A model generated the notes under the pieces. That model had not been told where the DNA came from. It saw only the letters and a list, made by a program, of their open reading frames with translations, and did not search any database. From Gammaproteobacteria bacterium (GTDB lineage Bacteria > Pseudomonadota > Gammaproteobacteria > Natronospirales > DASSBR01), in contig DASSBR010000031.1 in assembly GCA_035698525.1 (NCBI GenBank), positions 4,490 through 68,489 on the forward strand: a stretch of 64,000 bases of DNA. The letters run 5' to 3'. Below, piece by piece: positions 24,281 to 35,000 of this stretch. The position numbers were made by a program, and so were the translations under genes. Numbering within the stretch: the first letter of the stretch is position 1; the number at the start of each line of letters is the position of its first letter.

Positions 24281-25529
24281 CGCGGTAGCTGGTCGGGAAC
24301 AACACGCGGAAGGTCGTACCGCGCCCTGGTCCGGACTCGACCTCCAGCACTGCGTCGAGCAAGTCGCACAGGCGGTGAACGATTGCCAGCCCAATCCCTT
24401 CCCCGTGCGCCGCGACACTCGCGGCGGTCGCCGCCGGCTGGGGGCGCGTACTTCCGCCGCCGGTGGTCGATGCCTCGCCCTCGGACTCGCTTTCCGCGTT
24501 TTCGATGCTCCCGGCATAATTGCTGCTGCTGGACAACTTGAGTCCCGGCCCGGTATCGCGCACCTCGAACTGCCAGCGCTCCGCCGATTCGCGCCCCCAT
24601 TCAACTTCGACGCCGCCTTTCGACGTGTACTTCAGCGCGTTGAGGATCAGGTTCTGCGCGATCCGCCGCACTCTCGTCGCATCGCCGCGCACGCGCAGCA
24701 TGCGAGGCCCGATCGCACGTAACGCCAAGGCTTTACTGTCAGCCTCTGCCTGCATGCCGTCGCATAGTTCGCGCAAGATGGCCGCGGCATCAAAGTCGCC
24801 GATCTCGCGCGTCTCACGGCCGGCTTCCAGGCGCGCCAGATCGAGCAGATCGGTCAGCATACGGTTCAGGCTCTCCGCGGCGACGCCGATGCGCTTGACC
24901 ACGGCCTTGGGTCTCGGCCCCAGGCTCTGCCGCTCCAGCAACTGGCAGGACAGACGAATCGTCTGCAGGCTGCCGCGCAAGTCGTGCGATGCTTCACGCA
25001 AACTCTGTCCGCGAAGTTGATCGACTTCGTTACGCTCCTCGAGTACGGCTTCGATATCTCGCACCCGCGCATCGGCCTGCACCCGCAGGCGGTCGTGAAA
25101 TTCCCTGAGACTGTCGCTGATGGCCTTATGTATCAATTCCGAAAGGAGTGCGTACGCCTGTTCAAACGACGCTGCATCCAGTCCAGCCGCCTGTTTCGAT
25201 GCCCCGATGCGACGCAACAACACCCGATGCAACAACGCCCAGTCAAGCACAAGCTGATCGACGTGCTGCCCAAGCTGCCAGCGGTGGGCGCCATGCTGCT
25301 CCGCGGTGGCTTCAATCGACTCAACGTCGTCGCCCCGGAACCGGGCAAACAACTGGTCCAGGAACTGAGGAAGGTGATCGTAAAAGTCGGTACGCGACAG
25401 TTCCGCCAGCGTGGAGTGCGTGCCTTCCGCTTCGGCCGTAGACCGCCAGTCGTCCAGAATCGCCTCGCGCTGTCGCGAAAGGTGTTCCGCCAGCCTGGCT
25501 AGAGCATCCGTTTGTGGCTTCGCGGACAT
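24216..25529 (-). CDS. Soluble sensor histidine kinase (N-terminal RsbRD_N/globin-like sensor domain, HisKA, HATPase_c)
   Basis: H-box EASHDLRGSLQ, N-box NLILNALKYT, G1 DTGPG and G2 GEGIGL. There are no transmembrane segments and no adjacent response regulator. The N-terminal domain call is a similarity impression only. Confidence 0.85.
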   Translation of the reverse strand: MSAKPQTDALARLAEHLSRQREAILDDWRSTAEAEGTHSTLAELSRTDFYDHLPQFLDQLFARFRGDDVESIEATAEQHGAHRWQLGQHVDQLVLDWALLHRVLLRRIGASKQAAGLDAASFEQAYALLSELIHKAISDSLREFHDRLRVQADARVRDIEAVLEERNEVDQLRGQSLREASHDLRGSLQTIRLSCQLLERQSLGPRPKAVVKRIGVAAESLNRMLTDLLDLARLEAGRETREIGDFDAAAILRELCDGMQAEADSKALALRAIGPRMLRVRGDATRVRRIAQNLILNALKYTSKGGVEVEWGRESAERWQFEVRDTGPGLKLSSSSNYAGSIENAESESEGEASTTGGGSTRPQPAATAASVAAHGEGIGLAIVHRLCDLLDAVLEVESGPGRGTTFRVLFPTSYRASPSKARSSESSPVPHTRATD

Positions 25530-25550
25530 GACCGGTGACTGTGCCCTCCC

Positions 25551-27347
25551 TCAGCATCCAGCGCGATGTTCCGCGGGTCCCTTTTTTTGCAGACTCAGAT
25601 TGTGCGCGGTGTTGATAAGGCCGACGTGCGAAAAGGCCTGCGGAAAGTTGCCCAACAGACGATGCGTCTTTGGATCGTATTCTTCCGATAACAACCCGAC
25701 GTCGTTACGGATCGAGAGCAGGCGATCGAACAATTCGCGTGCTTCATCCCGCCGGCCCATCATTGCAAGGTCATCAGCAAGCCAGAACGAGCAAATGATG
25801 AATGCGCTCTCTGTTCCGGAGACGCCGTCGCTGTCTTTTGCCTGCGAATAGCGCATGACGAAGCCGTCCTGCATCAGATTGTTCTGGATCGCGGCGACCG
25901 TACCTTTAATGCGCTCATCGTCCGGCGGCAGAAAACCCACGAGCGGCATCATCAGCAGTGAAGCGTCAAGCGACTCGCCGCCGTAGTACTGCACAAACGT
26001 GTTGCGCTTCTTGTCATAGGCCTGCTCGCAGATTTCTCCATGCACCGTGTCGCGCAGCATCCGCCAATGATCCGCATCGCCTTCCAGTCCGTAGCGTTCG
26101 ATGGCCTTGACGGCACGGTCGAATGCCACCCACGACATGACCTTGCCGTAGGTGAAGTCACGCGGCGGTCCGCGCATTTCCCAGATGCCGGAACCTTCGT
26201 CGCCCCAGTGGTCCTCGAGGAACTTCAGCAACTCGAGCTGCACACGCCATGTATCGTCATCCGGCTCGATGCCGTAATGCCGGGCGGAATGAAAACCGTC
26301 CATGACTTCGCCGTAAATGTCGATCTGCGTCTGGGTATAGGCCCCGTTGCCAACACGCACGGGTCTGCTCCCTTCGTAACCGCTCAGCCAGTGCAACTCC
26401 TGCTCTGGCAGCAAGCGATCGCCAGCGATGCCATACATGATCTGCAGCTTGTCGGCATCGCCCGCCGCCGCGCGCAACAACCACTCGCGCCATTTGCAGG
26501 CCTCGTCCTTGTAGCCCGACAACAGCATCGCGTACAGCGTGAATGTCGCATCGCGCAACCACGTATACCGGTAATCCCAGTTGCGTTCGCCGCCGATCTG
26601 CTCTGGCAGCGACGTCGTCGCCGCCGCGACCATGCCGCCGGTTTCGCTGTCGGTGAGCGCCTTGAGCGTAATCAGCGACCGGATCACCGGCTCGCGATAT
26701 TTGCCTTCCACCTCGCATTGGCTGCTCCACTCCTGCCACCAGGTTTCGGTTTCTTCAAGTGCCGCGTCCGCATCGTTCGCGGGCGGCGCGTCGCGGTACG
26801 CAAGATGCCAGGTCATCACGAATGGAACCCGCTCTCCGGCCCCAACCTCGAACTCGCTTACCGTCGTCTTGTCCTTTCCGTGCATCTCCACGGGTGTTCG
26901 GAGTTGCAACGCATCCGGGCCGACGATTGCCTGCAGCCCGTAGTCCTGGCGCCGTACCCACGGCGCGATTGCGCCGTAGCCGAAACGAATGATCGCTTCC
27001 ATTTGCATTGGCACCTTGCCGTCGCGGCCTTCGACGATGCGAATGACGTCGACGACATTCGTGTCCTTGCGCGGCAGGGGCATGAAGTCAATCAGTGCGA
27101 CCGTACCTGATTCCGTCTCGAACAGCGTTTCGAGGATCAGCGTTTCGCCGCGATACCGGCGCGTGGTTTTCTTTATTGAATTGGCCGGCGCAATCAGCCA
27201 CCGCCCGTTGCCGCGGTCGCCGAGCAGCGCGCAAAAGCAAGCATCGGAATCGAAGCGCGGCAGGCACAACCAATCCATCGAGCCATCCCGCCCGACCAAC
27301 GCCACGCTGCGCATATTACCGATCAGTGCATAGTCTTCAATTCTCAT
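25551..27347 (-). CDS. Glycoside hydrolase family 15 (glucoamylase/trehalase-like)
   Basis: The N-terminus MRIEDYALIGNMRSVALVGRDGSMDWLCLPRFDSDACF is the characteristic bacterial GH15 opening. 598 aa. Confidence 0.88.
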   Translation of the reverse strand: MRIEDYALIGNMRSVALVGRDGSMDWLCLPRFDSDACFCALLGDRGNGRWLIAPANSIKKTTRRYRGETLILETLFETESGTVALIDFMPLPRKDTNVVDVIRIVEGRDGKVPMQMEAIIRFGYGAIAPWVRRQDYGLQAIVGPDALQLRTPVEMHGKDKTTVSEFEVGAGERVPFVMTWHLAYRDAPPANDADAALEETETWWQEWSSQCEVEGKYREPVIRSLITLKALTDSETGGMVAAATTSLPEQIGGERNWDYRYTWLRDATFTLYAMLLSGYKDEACKWREWLLRAAAGDADKLQIMYGIAGDRLLPEQELHWLSGYEGSRPVRVGNGAYTQTQIDIYGEVMDGFHSARHYGIEPDDDTWRVQLELLKFLEDHWGDEGSGIWEMRGPPRDFTYGKVMSWVAFDRAVKAIERYGLEGDADHWRMLRDTVHGEICEQAYDKKRNTFVQYYGGESLDASLLMMPLVGFLPPDDERIKGTVAAIQNNLMQDGFVMRYSQAKDSDGVSGTESAFIICSFWLADDLAMMGRRDEARELFDRLLSIRNDVGLLSEEYDPKTHRLLGNFPQAFSHVGLINTAHNLSLQKKGPAEHRAGC

Positions 27348-27359
27348 CGTTGAGGCATC

Positions 27360-28175
27360 CTATCCTTCTCCGGTGCTGAATGACGGATACAGCGTCATAC
27401 CGCCATCGACGACCAGGGTTGTGCCCGTAACGTAGTCCGCTGCGTCGGAACATAACCAGACGATGGCGTTACCGACATCGGCGGCATCGCCTACGCGACC
27501 GTACGGGATCATTTCGAGCAGCTTGTCCAGCGCATCTTCGGTGGCCCACGCCGCATGATTGATCGCTGTCTTGATCGCACCCGGCGCAACCGAGTTGACG
27601 CGGATCTTTCGCGACGCGAATTCCTGTGCAAGGGTTTCGACCAGCAGCATGACGCCGCCCTTGGACGCGGCATAGTTCGCATGCTTCGCCCACGGAATGC
27701 GCTGGTGCACCGAGCTGATGCAAATGATCTTGCCGGTGGCCTTGGAAATCCGGGGCTGCGGGCCGCGGCGCAGGTATTCACGGATTGCGGCGCGCGAACA
27801 AAGGAACTGGCCGGTGAGGTTGACGTCGATGACTTTCTGCCAGTCAGCCAGCGGCATCTCGGTAAACGCGCAATCTTTTTCGATGCCGGCGTTGTTGACG
27901 AGAATGTGCAGCGTGCCGAAGCGCTCGCAACTCGCGCGAAACATGGCCTCGACCTGTGCTTCGCTGCTGACGTCGGCCTCGATGGCCAGCGCCTGACCGC
28001 CCCGCGCTTCTATTTTCGCGACGACTTCGTCGGCGGGCGCGCGTTCGCCTATGTAGTTGACAACAACTGCGGCGCCGGCTTCGGCGAGTGCAAATGCCGA
28101 TTGCCGGCCGATACCGGTGCTCGCGCCGGTCACCAGCGCAATCTGGTTTTCAAGTGGATGTACTTGATCAGACAT
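27360..28175 (-). CDS. SDR-family glucose 1-dehydrogenase-like oxidoreductase
   Basis: TGASTGIGR, YAASK and a C-terminus GGMTLYPSFSTGEG that closely resembles Bacillus glucose 1-dehydrogenase and general-stress SDRs. Confidence 0.85.
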   Translation of the reverse strand: MSDQVHPLENQIALVTGASTGIGRQSAFALAEAGAAVVVNYIGERAPADEVVAKIEARGGQALAIEADVSSEAQVEAMFRASCERFGTLHILVNNAGIEKDCAFTEMPLADWQKVIDVNLTGQFLCSRAAIREYLRRGPQPRISKATGKIICISSVHQRIPWAKHANYAASKGGVMLLVETLAQEFASRKIRVNSVAPGAIKTAINHAAWATEDALDKLLEMIPYGRVGDAADVGNAIVWLCSDAADYVTGTTLVVDGGMTLYPSFSTGEG

Positions 28176-28262
28176 GGCAATCCCTCGCCTTGTTGTTGCA
28201 AGGCTACGTTACCATGCGGGCGGGAGCGGCGACCAGCCGCCCCCGCCTTGTGCCTGCAATTT

Positions 28263-28433
28263 TTAGTGCTTCAATTCGTCTTTCGCCTTGCCGTAGTCCT
28301 TCTGCACCTTGCCGGCGTTCTTTTCCAATTTACCCCTGACCTCGGTCGATTCGTCGTCCGTCATTTTACCGGCGGCTTCCTTGGCCTTGCCTTTCACTTG
28401 TTTTGATGCACCTTTTGCGCGGTCCTTGTCCAT
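28263..28433 (-). CDS. CsbD-family general stress protein (56 aa)
   Basis: Not in the ORF track because it is under 60 aa. My own translation is MDKDRAKGASKQVKGKAKEAAGKMTDDESTEVRGKLEKNAGKVQKDYGKAKDELKH, a typical CsbD pattern. An AGGAG ribosome-binding site lies 5 nt upstream of the ATG. Confidence 0.8.
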   Translation of the reverse strand: MDKDRAKGASKQVKGKAKEAAGKMTDDESTEVRGKLEKNAGKVQKDYGKAKDELKH

Positions 28434-28460
28434 GGTGTACTCCTGTTGCGCTTTAGATTC

Positions 28461-28922
28461 CTACGCCGCTTCGAGATGTTCCTCGCGATCATGCATTTCG
28501 CGCTGGAACTCCTCCGCGATCTTCTCCGCCTGTTCCTCGCTCAGCAACTCCTGCGCCTGCGGAAACAGCACGTTTTCCTCGTCTTCGATATGATGTTCCA
28601 GCTCCTGCTTGATATTCTTGAGTTTCGTCATCCATTCCGAGTCGGTCGGTTCCAGTTTCATCCATTCGCGCAGCTGTTCGTTGGCTTCCTCGTGCTCCTC
28701 CTGGTGCTCCGCAATTTTGTCGCTGACTTCGTCGAATTTTTCGAGGCGCTTGTAAAAGCATTTCGATTCCGCCTCGTGGTGCGCAATCACCTCGATCGCC
28801 ACCTTGTGGCCTTTTTCACGGCGCATCCCGGTGTCGCTTTCGTCTGAAGAAACGAGCTTGTCGAGAATTTCGCGCGCCTCGCTGTGCACCTTCTTCAAGA
28901 CGTCATAAATATCCTTTGCCAT
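28461..28922 (-). CDS. Hemerythrin-like (HHE cation-binding) domain protein
   Basis: 153 aa, His/Glu-rich helices with spaced H...HxxxE motifs (VIAHHEAESK, HQEEHEE, ELEHHIEDEE). Confidence 0.75.
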   Translation of the reverse strand: MAKDIYDVLKKVHSEAREILDKLVSSDESDTGMRREKGHKVAIEVIAHHEAESKCFYKRLEKFDEVSDKIAEHQEEHEEANEQLREWMKLEPTDSEWMTKLKNIKQELEHHIEDEENVLFPQAQELLSEEQAEKIAEEFQREMHDREEHLEAA

Positions 28923-29099
28923 GTATCACCTCATTACCTCGTCGTGCCGAGAACGAAGCGTCGCAAGCGGCGTATCGATGGTCAATTAGCGGTGTTACCG
29001 GCACCCTTGAGGGTTTGTTCCCGGTCGGCATGCCGCCGAGGCCGGTGTTATAGTGACTTACTCTCAGCGGCACAATTCATTTGGCACGGAGGCCACACC

Positions 29100-30896
29100 A
29101 TGAGCAAGGAACTTGTCGGAGATTTTCTTCTGAAGCGGCTGTCCGCATGGGGCGTCAAACGCATCTTCGGCTATCCTGGCGACGGCATCAACGGCATTCT
29201 CGGTGCGCTCAATCGCGCCGGCGATCAGTTTGAATTCGTGCAGGTGCGGCATGAGGAAATGGCGGCGTTCATGGCTTGCGCGCATGCCAAGTTCACCGGC
29301 GAGATCGGCGTCTGCCTTGCGACCTCCGGGCCCGGCGCCATTCATTTGTTGAACGGATTGTATGACGCCAAAAAGGATCATCAACCGGTGCTTGCGATCG
29401 TCGGGCAGCAGGCACGCACCTCCCTCGGCGGCGATTATCAGCAGGAAGTCGATCTGACGTCACTGTTCGAGGATGTCGCCAACCAGTACGTGCATATGGC
29501 GACGGCCCCCGCGCAGGTGCGCCACCTGGTCGACCGCGCCATTCGCATCGCGAAGTCCGAGCAATCGGTGACCTGCCTGGTGATTCCGAACGATCTCGCC
29601 GAAATGGAAGCGGTCGAAACGCCGCCGCGTGCGCACGGCACCGTGCATTCGGGCGTCGGTTACACGTCGCCGCGCATTCTGCCGGCCGACGACGATCTCA
29701 AGCGCGCCGCCATGGTGCTGAACGAAGGCAAAAAGGTGGCGATGCTTGTTGGCCAGGGTGCGCTCAACGCCACCGACGAAGTCATCGAGGTCGCCGAAAC
29801 GCTCGGCGCCGGCGTCGCGAAGGCGCTGCTCGGCCGTGCCGCGCCACCGGACGACCTGCCGTTCGTCACCGGTTCGATCGGCCTGCTCGGCACCAACCCG
29901 AGCTGGGAGTTGATGAGCGGCTGCGACACGTTTTTCATGATCGGCTCGGCCTTCCCCTATTCCGAATTTTTGCCGGAAGAAGGCCAGGCGCGCGGCGTGC
30001 AGATCGACATCGACGGCCGGATGGTCAGCATGCGCTACCCGATGGAAGTCAATCTCATCGGCGACAGCAAGGAAACGCTGCGCGCGCTGATTCCGCACCT
30101 GAAGCGCAAGGAAGATCGCAAGTGGCAGGAGCATATCAAGGAAGAAGTGGCGGAATGGTGGAAGGTCGTCGAGGCGCGCGCCAGGGTCGACGCGAATCCA
30201 ATCAACCCGCAGCGCGTGTTTCACGAGTTGTCGCCGCGCCTGCCCGACAATTGCATCCTGACGTCGGATTCGGGTTCCGCCGCCAACTGGTACGCGCGCG
30301 ACCTCAAATTCCGCAAGGGCATGATGGGCTCGCTGTCCGGCGGACTCGCGACCATGGGTCCGGGTGTGCCGTATGCGATCGCCGCCAAGTTCGCGCATCC
30401 GGACCGGGTTGTCATCGCACTCGTCGGCGACGGCGCGATGCAAATGAACGGCATTAACGAGATGATCACGGTCGCCAAGTACTGGAAGAGGTGGAGCGAC
30501 CCGCGGCTTGTCATCCTGGTGCTGAACAACCGCGATCTGAACCAGGTGACTTGGGAGCAGCGCGTGCAATCGGGCGATCCGAAGTATGCCGCCTCGCAGG
30601 ATATCCCGGACTTCCCGTACGCGGAATACGCGAAGATGCTCGGCTTGAACGGCATCAAGGTCGACGAGCCCGATCAGATCGCCGGCGCCTGGGACCGCGC
30701 GCTGAGCGCCGATCGGCCGGTGGTGCTGGAAGCTTATACCGATCCGAATATTCCGCCGTTGCCCCCGCGCATCACGGCGAAGCAGGCGAAGGCTTACCTG
30801 TCGGCGCTGATGCATGGCGACCCGGACGCGTACGGCATCGTCAAAACCTCGGCCAAGGAAATGCTCAGAAGCCTGGGCGCCGAAATCACAAGCTGA
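29100..30896 (+). CDS. Thiamine-diphosphate enzyme of the pyruvate oxidase / pyruvate:quinone oxidoreductase (PoxB) type
   Basis: The N-terminus VKRIFGYPGDGINGILGAL...VRHEEMAAFMACAHAKFTGEIGVCLATSGPGAIHLLNGLYDA parallels E. coli PoxB. The ThDP motif is GDGAMQMNGINE. The start ATG at 29100 is preceded by GGAGG; the track's longer start is a non-coding-like extension. Confidence 0.85.
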   Translation: MSKELVGDFLLKRLSAWGVKRIFGYPGDGINGILGALNRAGDQFEFVQVRHEEMAAFMACAHAKFTGEIGVCLATSGPGAIHLLNGLYDAKKDHQPVLAIVGQQARTSLGGDYQQEVDLTSLFEDVANQYVHMATAPAQVRHLVDRAIRIAKSEQSVTCLVIPNDLAEMEAVETPPRAHGTVHSGVGYTSPRILPADDDLKRAAMVLNEGKKVAMLVGQGALNATDEVIEVAETLGAGVAKALLGRAAPPDDLPFVTGSIGLLGTNPSWELMSGCDTFFMIGSAFPYSEFLPEEGQARGVQIDIDGRMVSMRYPMEVNLIGDSKETLRALIPHLKRKEDRKWQEHIKEEVAEWWKVVEARARVDANPINPQRVFHELSPRLPDNCILTSDSGSAANWYARDLKFRKGMMGSLSGGLATMGPGVPYAIAAKFAHPDRVVIALVGDGAMQMNGINEMITVAKYWKRWSDPRLVILVLNNRDLNQVTWEQRVQSGDPKYAASQDIPDFPYAEYAKMLGLNGIKVDEPDQIAGAWDRALSADRPVVLEAYTDPNIPPLPPRITAKQAKAYLSALMHGDPDAYGIVKTSAKEMLRSLGAEITS

Positions 30897-32023
30897 TGGC
30901 GGCAAATCCGGACAGCGATTTTTCCGGCGGCGAGAGCGCCGCAAAGATCGATTCGGTCCGGGTTTCGGCGTACGAAATCCCGACCGACGCACCGGAATCG
31001 GACGGCACGCTCGAATGGGATTCGACGACGCTGGTGCTGGTCGAAATCGGCGCTGGCGGCAAAACGGGGCTCGGCTACACCTATGGCCACCGGGCGATCG
31101 GCACGCTGATCGACGACAAGCTGGCCTCGATCGTCCACGGCCGCGACGTGATGAATGTCAGCGACTGCTGGCTGGCGATGCGAAAGGCGGTCCGCAACAT
31201 CGGCCGCTCGGGCGTGTCGTCCATGGCGATCTCGGCGGTCGATATTGCGCTGTGGGATTTGAAGGCGCGCCTGCTCGACCTCCCGCTGGTTACGCTGCTC
31301 GGCGCGTTCCATTCGGGCGTGCCGGTGTACGGCAGCGGCGGGTTCACATCGTATTCCGACGAGCAACTGTGCGATCAACTCTGTGGCTGGGTCGAGGCCG
31401 GCATTCCGCGCGTCAAGATGAAAATCGGCCGTGAACCGGACCGTGATCCCGCGCGCATGAGAGCGGCGCGCAAAGTGATCGGCGACGGCGTAAAACTGTT
31501 TGTCGATGCCAACGGCGCCTACGATCGAAAGCAGGCGCTGGCCATAGCGGATTGTTTCACGGAACACGGCGTCAACTGGTACGAAGAACCGGTGACGTCG
31601 GACGATCCCGAAGGTCTTCGGCTGATCCGCGACCGCGCGCCGGAGATTACCGAAATCGCCGCGGGAGAATACGGCTTCGGCGCCGCCGACTTCCGCACGC
31701 TGCTCGACGCAGGCGCCGTCGACGTGTTGCAGGCCGACATTACCCGCTGCGGCGGCGTAACCGGTTTTCTAGCCACCGCTGCGCTCGCCGATGCGCATAA
31801 AGTGCCACTGTCCGGCCACTGCGCGCCGGCCCTGCATCTGCATCCGTGCTGCGCAATCAAGCCGCTCAGGCATCTGGAATATTTTCATGATCATGTGCGT
31901 ATTGAGCGAATGTTGTTCGAGGGGACGCAGGACCCAGGCGGCGGCATAATGATGCCGGACTTGTCCCGGCCGGGTTTGGGTTTGGAATTAAAGCGGAGCG
32001 ATGCCGAGAGGTATTTGATTTGA
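30896..32023 (+). CDS. Enolase-superfamily protein (mandelate racemase / muconate lactonizing enzyme family)
   Basis: KxK (VKMKIG) and the metal ligands DANGAY, EEP and AGE. The start ATG overlaps the upstream stop (TGATG). Confidence 0.85.
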   Translation: MAANPDSDFSGGESAAKIDSVRVSAYEIPTDAPESDGTLEWDSTTLVLVEIGAGGKTGLGYTYGHRAIGTLIDDKLASIVHGRDVMNVSDCWLAMRKAVRNIGRSGVSSMAISAVDIALWDLKARLLDLPLVTLLGAFHSGVPVYGSGGFTSYSDEQLCDQLCGWVEAGIPRVKMKIGREPDRDPARMRAARKVIGDGVKLFVDANGAYDRKQALAIADCFTEHGVNWYEEPVTSDDPEGLRLIRDRAPEITEIAAGEYGFGAADFRTLLDAGAVDVLQADITRCGGVTGFLATAALADAHKVPLSGHCAPALHLHPCCAIKPLRHLEYFHDHVRIERMLFEGTQDPGGGIMMPDLSRPGLGLELKRSDAERYLI

Positions 32024-32083
32024 TCCCGGAGAAAGAATAGGTCGCCAACGAAGCCAAGGCGCTATGGACACAAGGAAGCACGG

Positions 32084-35000
32084 ATGCGCGACGCAATCAA
32101 TTTTAACGAACAGGACCGCAACGACCTCGCCAGGGAACTCGAAGCCGTACTCACCGGCGAAGTGCGCTTCAGCAAGGGCGACGTCGCGCTCTACGCCAAC
32201 GACGCCTCCAACTATCGTCAGCCGCCGATCGGCGTCGTCATCCCCGCAACCATAGACGACATCATCGCCACGCACCGCGTCTGCCGCAAATACGGTGCGC
32301 CAATCCTGTCGCGCGGCGGCGGCACCAGCCTGTCAGGCGAAACCGTCAATCACGCCGTAGTCATCGATCATTCCAAGTATCTGGATAACATCGTCGACAT
32401 CGATCCGCTTCAGCGCGAAGTGACGGCCGAAACCGGCGTCATCAACGACAACCTCAACAAGGCGCTCGGCCCGTTCGACCTTGTGTTTCCGCCAGACCCG
32501 TCCACGCACAAGTGGTGCACGATCGGCGGCAACATCGGCAACAATTCCTGCGGCATCCACTCGGTGCAGGCACAGTTTTACGGTCACGGCCCGCGCACCG
32601 CCGACAACGTGCGTGCCCTCGATGTGCTCACCTACGACGGCACGCGCATGACGCTCAAGGATCATTACGAGGACAAGGAGATCGACCAGATTATTGCCGC
32701 CGGCGGTCGCCAGGGCGAAATCTTCGCCTCGCTGAAGGCACTGCGCGACAAATACGCCGAGCGGATTCGCGCTCGCTTTCCGCGCATTGAAAAGCTGCCG
32801 CGCCGGGTGTCCGGCTACAACCTCGACGACCTGTTGCCGGAGAATGGATTCAACCTGGCGAGCGCGGTCTGCGGCACCGAAGGTACTTGCGTCACGGTGC
32901 TGCACATCACCTTCAAGCTCACCGAACAGGTCAAGCACCGCACGTTGATGGTCATTGGCTTCGATGACATTGCGACAGCGGCGGATCACGTCGCCGAAAT
33001 CATGAAGCACAAGCCGATCGCGCTCGAAGGTATCGACCACCAACTGTTCGAGGACGAGCAGCAGGAACACATGCACCTCGACGAACTATCGCAGCTTCCC
33101 GAAGGCAAAGCGTGGCTGCTGGTCGAGTTCGGCGGCGACAACGCGGAAGAGTCTGACGCCAGGGCCAACACGCTGATTGCGGAACTCAAGAAGACAAAAG
33201 GCGCGCCCACGGACTTCAGCATCATCGACGACAGTGAGCAGGAAGCCAAACTCTGGGCGGTGCGCGAAGCCGGCCTTGGCGCGACCGCCTTCCCGCCGGA
33301 CGGACGCGACCACTGGCCCGGTTGGGAAGACTCCGCCGTGCCGCCGGAGCGCATCGGCGATTATCTGCGCGATCTCCACAAGCTCTACGAGAAGTACGAT
33401 TATCGCGGCGCGCTGTATGGCCACCTTGGCCAGGGCTGCGTGCATTCGCGCATCAGCTTCCAATTGCATACACCGCCCGGCGTCAAACAGTTTCGTGCGT
33501 TCATGGAAGAAGCCGGCGATCTGGTCGTCTCGTACGGAGGCTCGCTCTCGGGCGAACACGGCGACGGTCAGGCGCGGGCCGAGCTGCTCGTAAAAATGTT
33601 CGGCAAAGAGTTGATGGAGGCGTTTCGCGAATTCAAACAAATCTGGGATCCGGAATGGAAAATGAATCCGGGCAAGGTCATCGACCCGTACAGGCTCGAC
33701 GAAAACCTGCGGCTGGTCAACTATCACCCGTGGAAGACGGACACCGAATTTACGTTCCCCAGGGACCAGCGCAATTTCGGCCGCGTCGCGATTCGCTGTG
33801 TGGGCGTCGGCAAATGCCGCACGGATAGCGGCACGATGTGTCCGAGCTACATGGTGACGCGCGAGGAAAAACACGTGACGCGCGGCCGCGCGCGCCTGTT
33901 GTTCGAGATGATGGACGGCGGCGTGCTGAACGACCGCTGGCGTTCCGAAGAGGTCAAGGATTCGCTCGATCTGTGCCTGTCGTGCAAAGGATGCAAGAAC
34001 GATTGCCCGGTGCACGTGGACATGGCCACTTACAAGGCCGAATTCCTGTCCCACTATTTCGCCGGGCGACTGAAGCCGCTCAGCGCCTACGCGTTCGGTT
34101 TGATCGACCGCTGGTCGCGGCTCGCATCGCGCGTACCGGCCGTGGTCAATTTTCTGACCAACACGCCAGGCCTGTCGCGTATTGCAAAGGAAATTGTGCG
34201 CATACCCGAAGCGCGCAGCATTCCGAAATATGCACCGCAAACCTTCAAAAGCTGGTTTGCAAAACGGCCAGTGCGCAATCACGACGGGCCGCCGGTCGTA
34301 CTCTGGGCGGACACCTTCAACAATCACTTTTTCCCCGACATCGCGCAGGCGGCCGTCGAAGTGCTCGAAGCGCAGGGCTTTCGCGTGCTGGTGCCGCTGC
34401 AACCCATTTGCTGCGGCCGGCCGCTGTATGAATTCGGCATGCTCGACCGGGCGAAGGCGTATCTGCAACAGGTCATGGACACGCTCGACAACGAGATCGC
34501 CGCTGAAGTCCCGATTGTCGGTCTAGAGCCGTCGTGCATTTCCGTGTTTCGCGATGAACTCACCAACCTGTTTCCCGACGACGAGCGTGCGAGAAAGCTG
34601 AGTGAGCACAGCTACCTGTTCAGCGAGTACCTGATGAATCGCGCCGACGGACTGCATCTGCCCACGCTCAAGCGCAAGGCGTTCGTACATGTGCATTGCC
34701 ACCACAAGTCGGTGCTGGGTCAGGACGCCGAACACAACCTGCTGAAAAAACTCGGGCTCGATTTCGAAGTGCTCAGCGACGGCTGTTGCGGCATGGCCGG
34801 CTCGTTCGGTTTTGAAAGGGGCAAGTACGACGTGTCAATCGGCGCGGGCGAGCGGGTGCTGCTGCCAAAGGTACGCGACGCGAGCGAGGACACACTGATC
34901 ATCGCCAACGGCTTCAGTTGCCGCGAGCAGATCGCGCAGACAACCGACCGGCGCGCGTTGCACATTGCGCAGGTGATGCAAATGGCAATGCGGGGAGAAG

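Noticed and set aside
28884-29099. Long N-terminal extensions offered by the ORF track
   Set aside because: This applies to the PoxB-like gene (28884), the enolase-family gene (30491), treZ (58617), malQ (56581), rhlB (19699), rhlE (45213), glpK (43623), ybeY (11228), the DMT gene (51656) and the SH3-like gene (40678). In each case the extension overlaps a neighbouring gene or has R/C/W-rich non-coding-like composition. An internal ATG or GTG aligns with the conserved family N-terminus, often with a ribosome-binding site or a start/stop overlap.
29460-30992. 510-aa minus-strand ORF opposite the PoxB-like gene
   Set aside because: It is an antisense shadow ORF of a well-supported ThDP enzyme, with R/A/G-rich low-complexity composition. 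The same reasoning applies to 15713-16963 (opposite purD), 19813-20961 (opposite rhlB), 33086-34468 and 32333-33076 (opposite the ydiJ-like gene), 46651-48024 (opposite ftsH), 9750-10895, 12071-13612, 45324-46262, 58227-59978 and 61363-62586.
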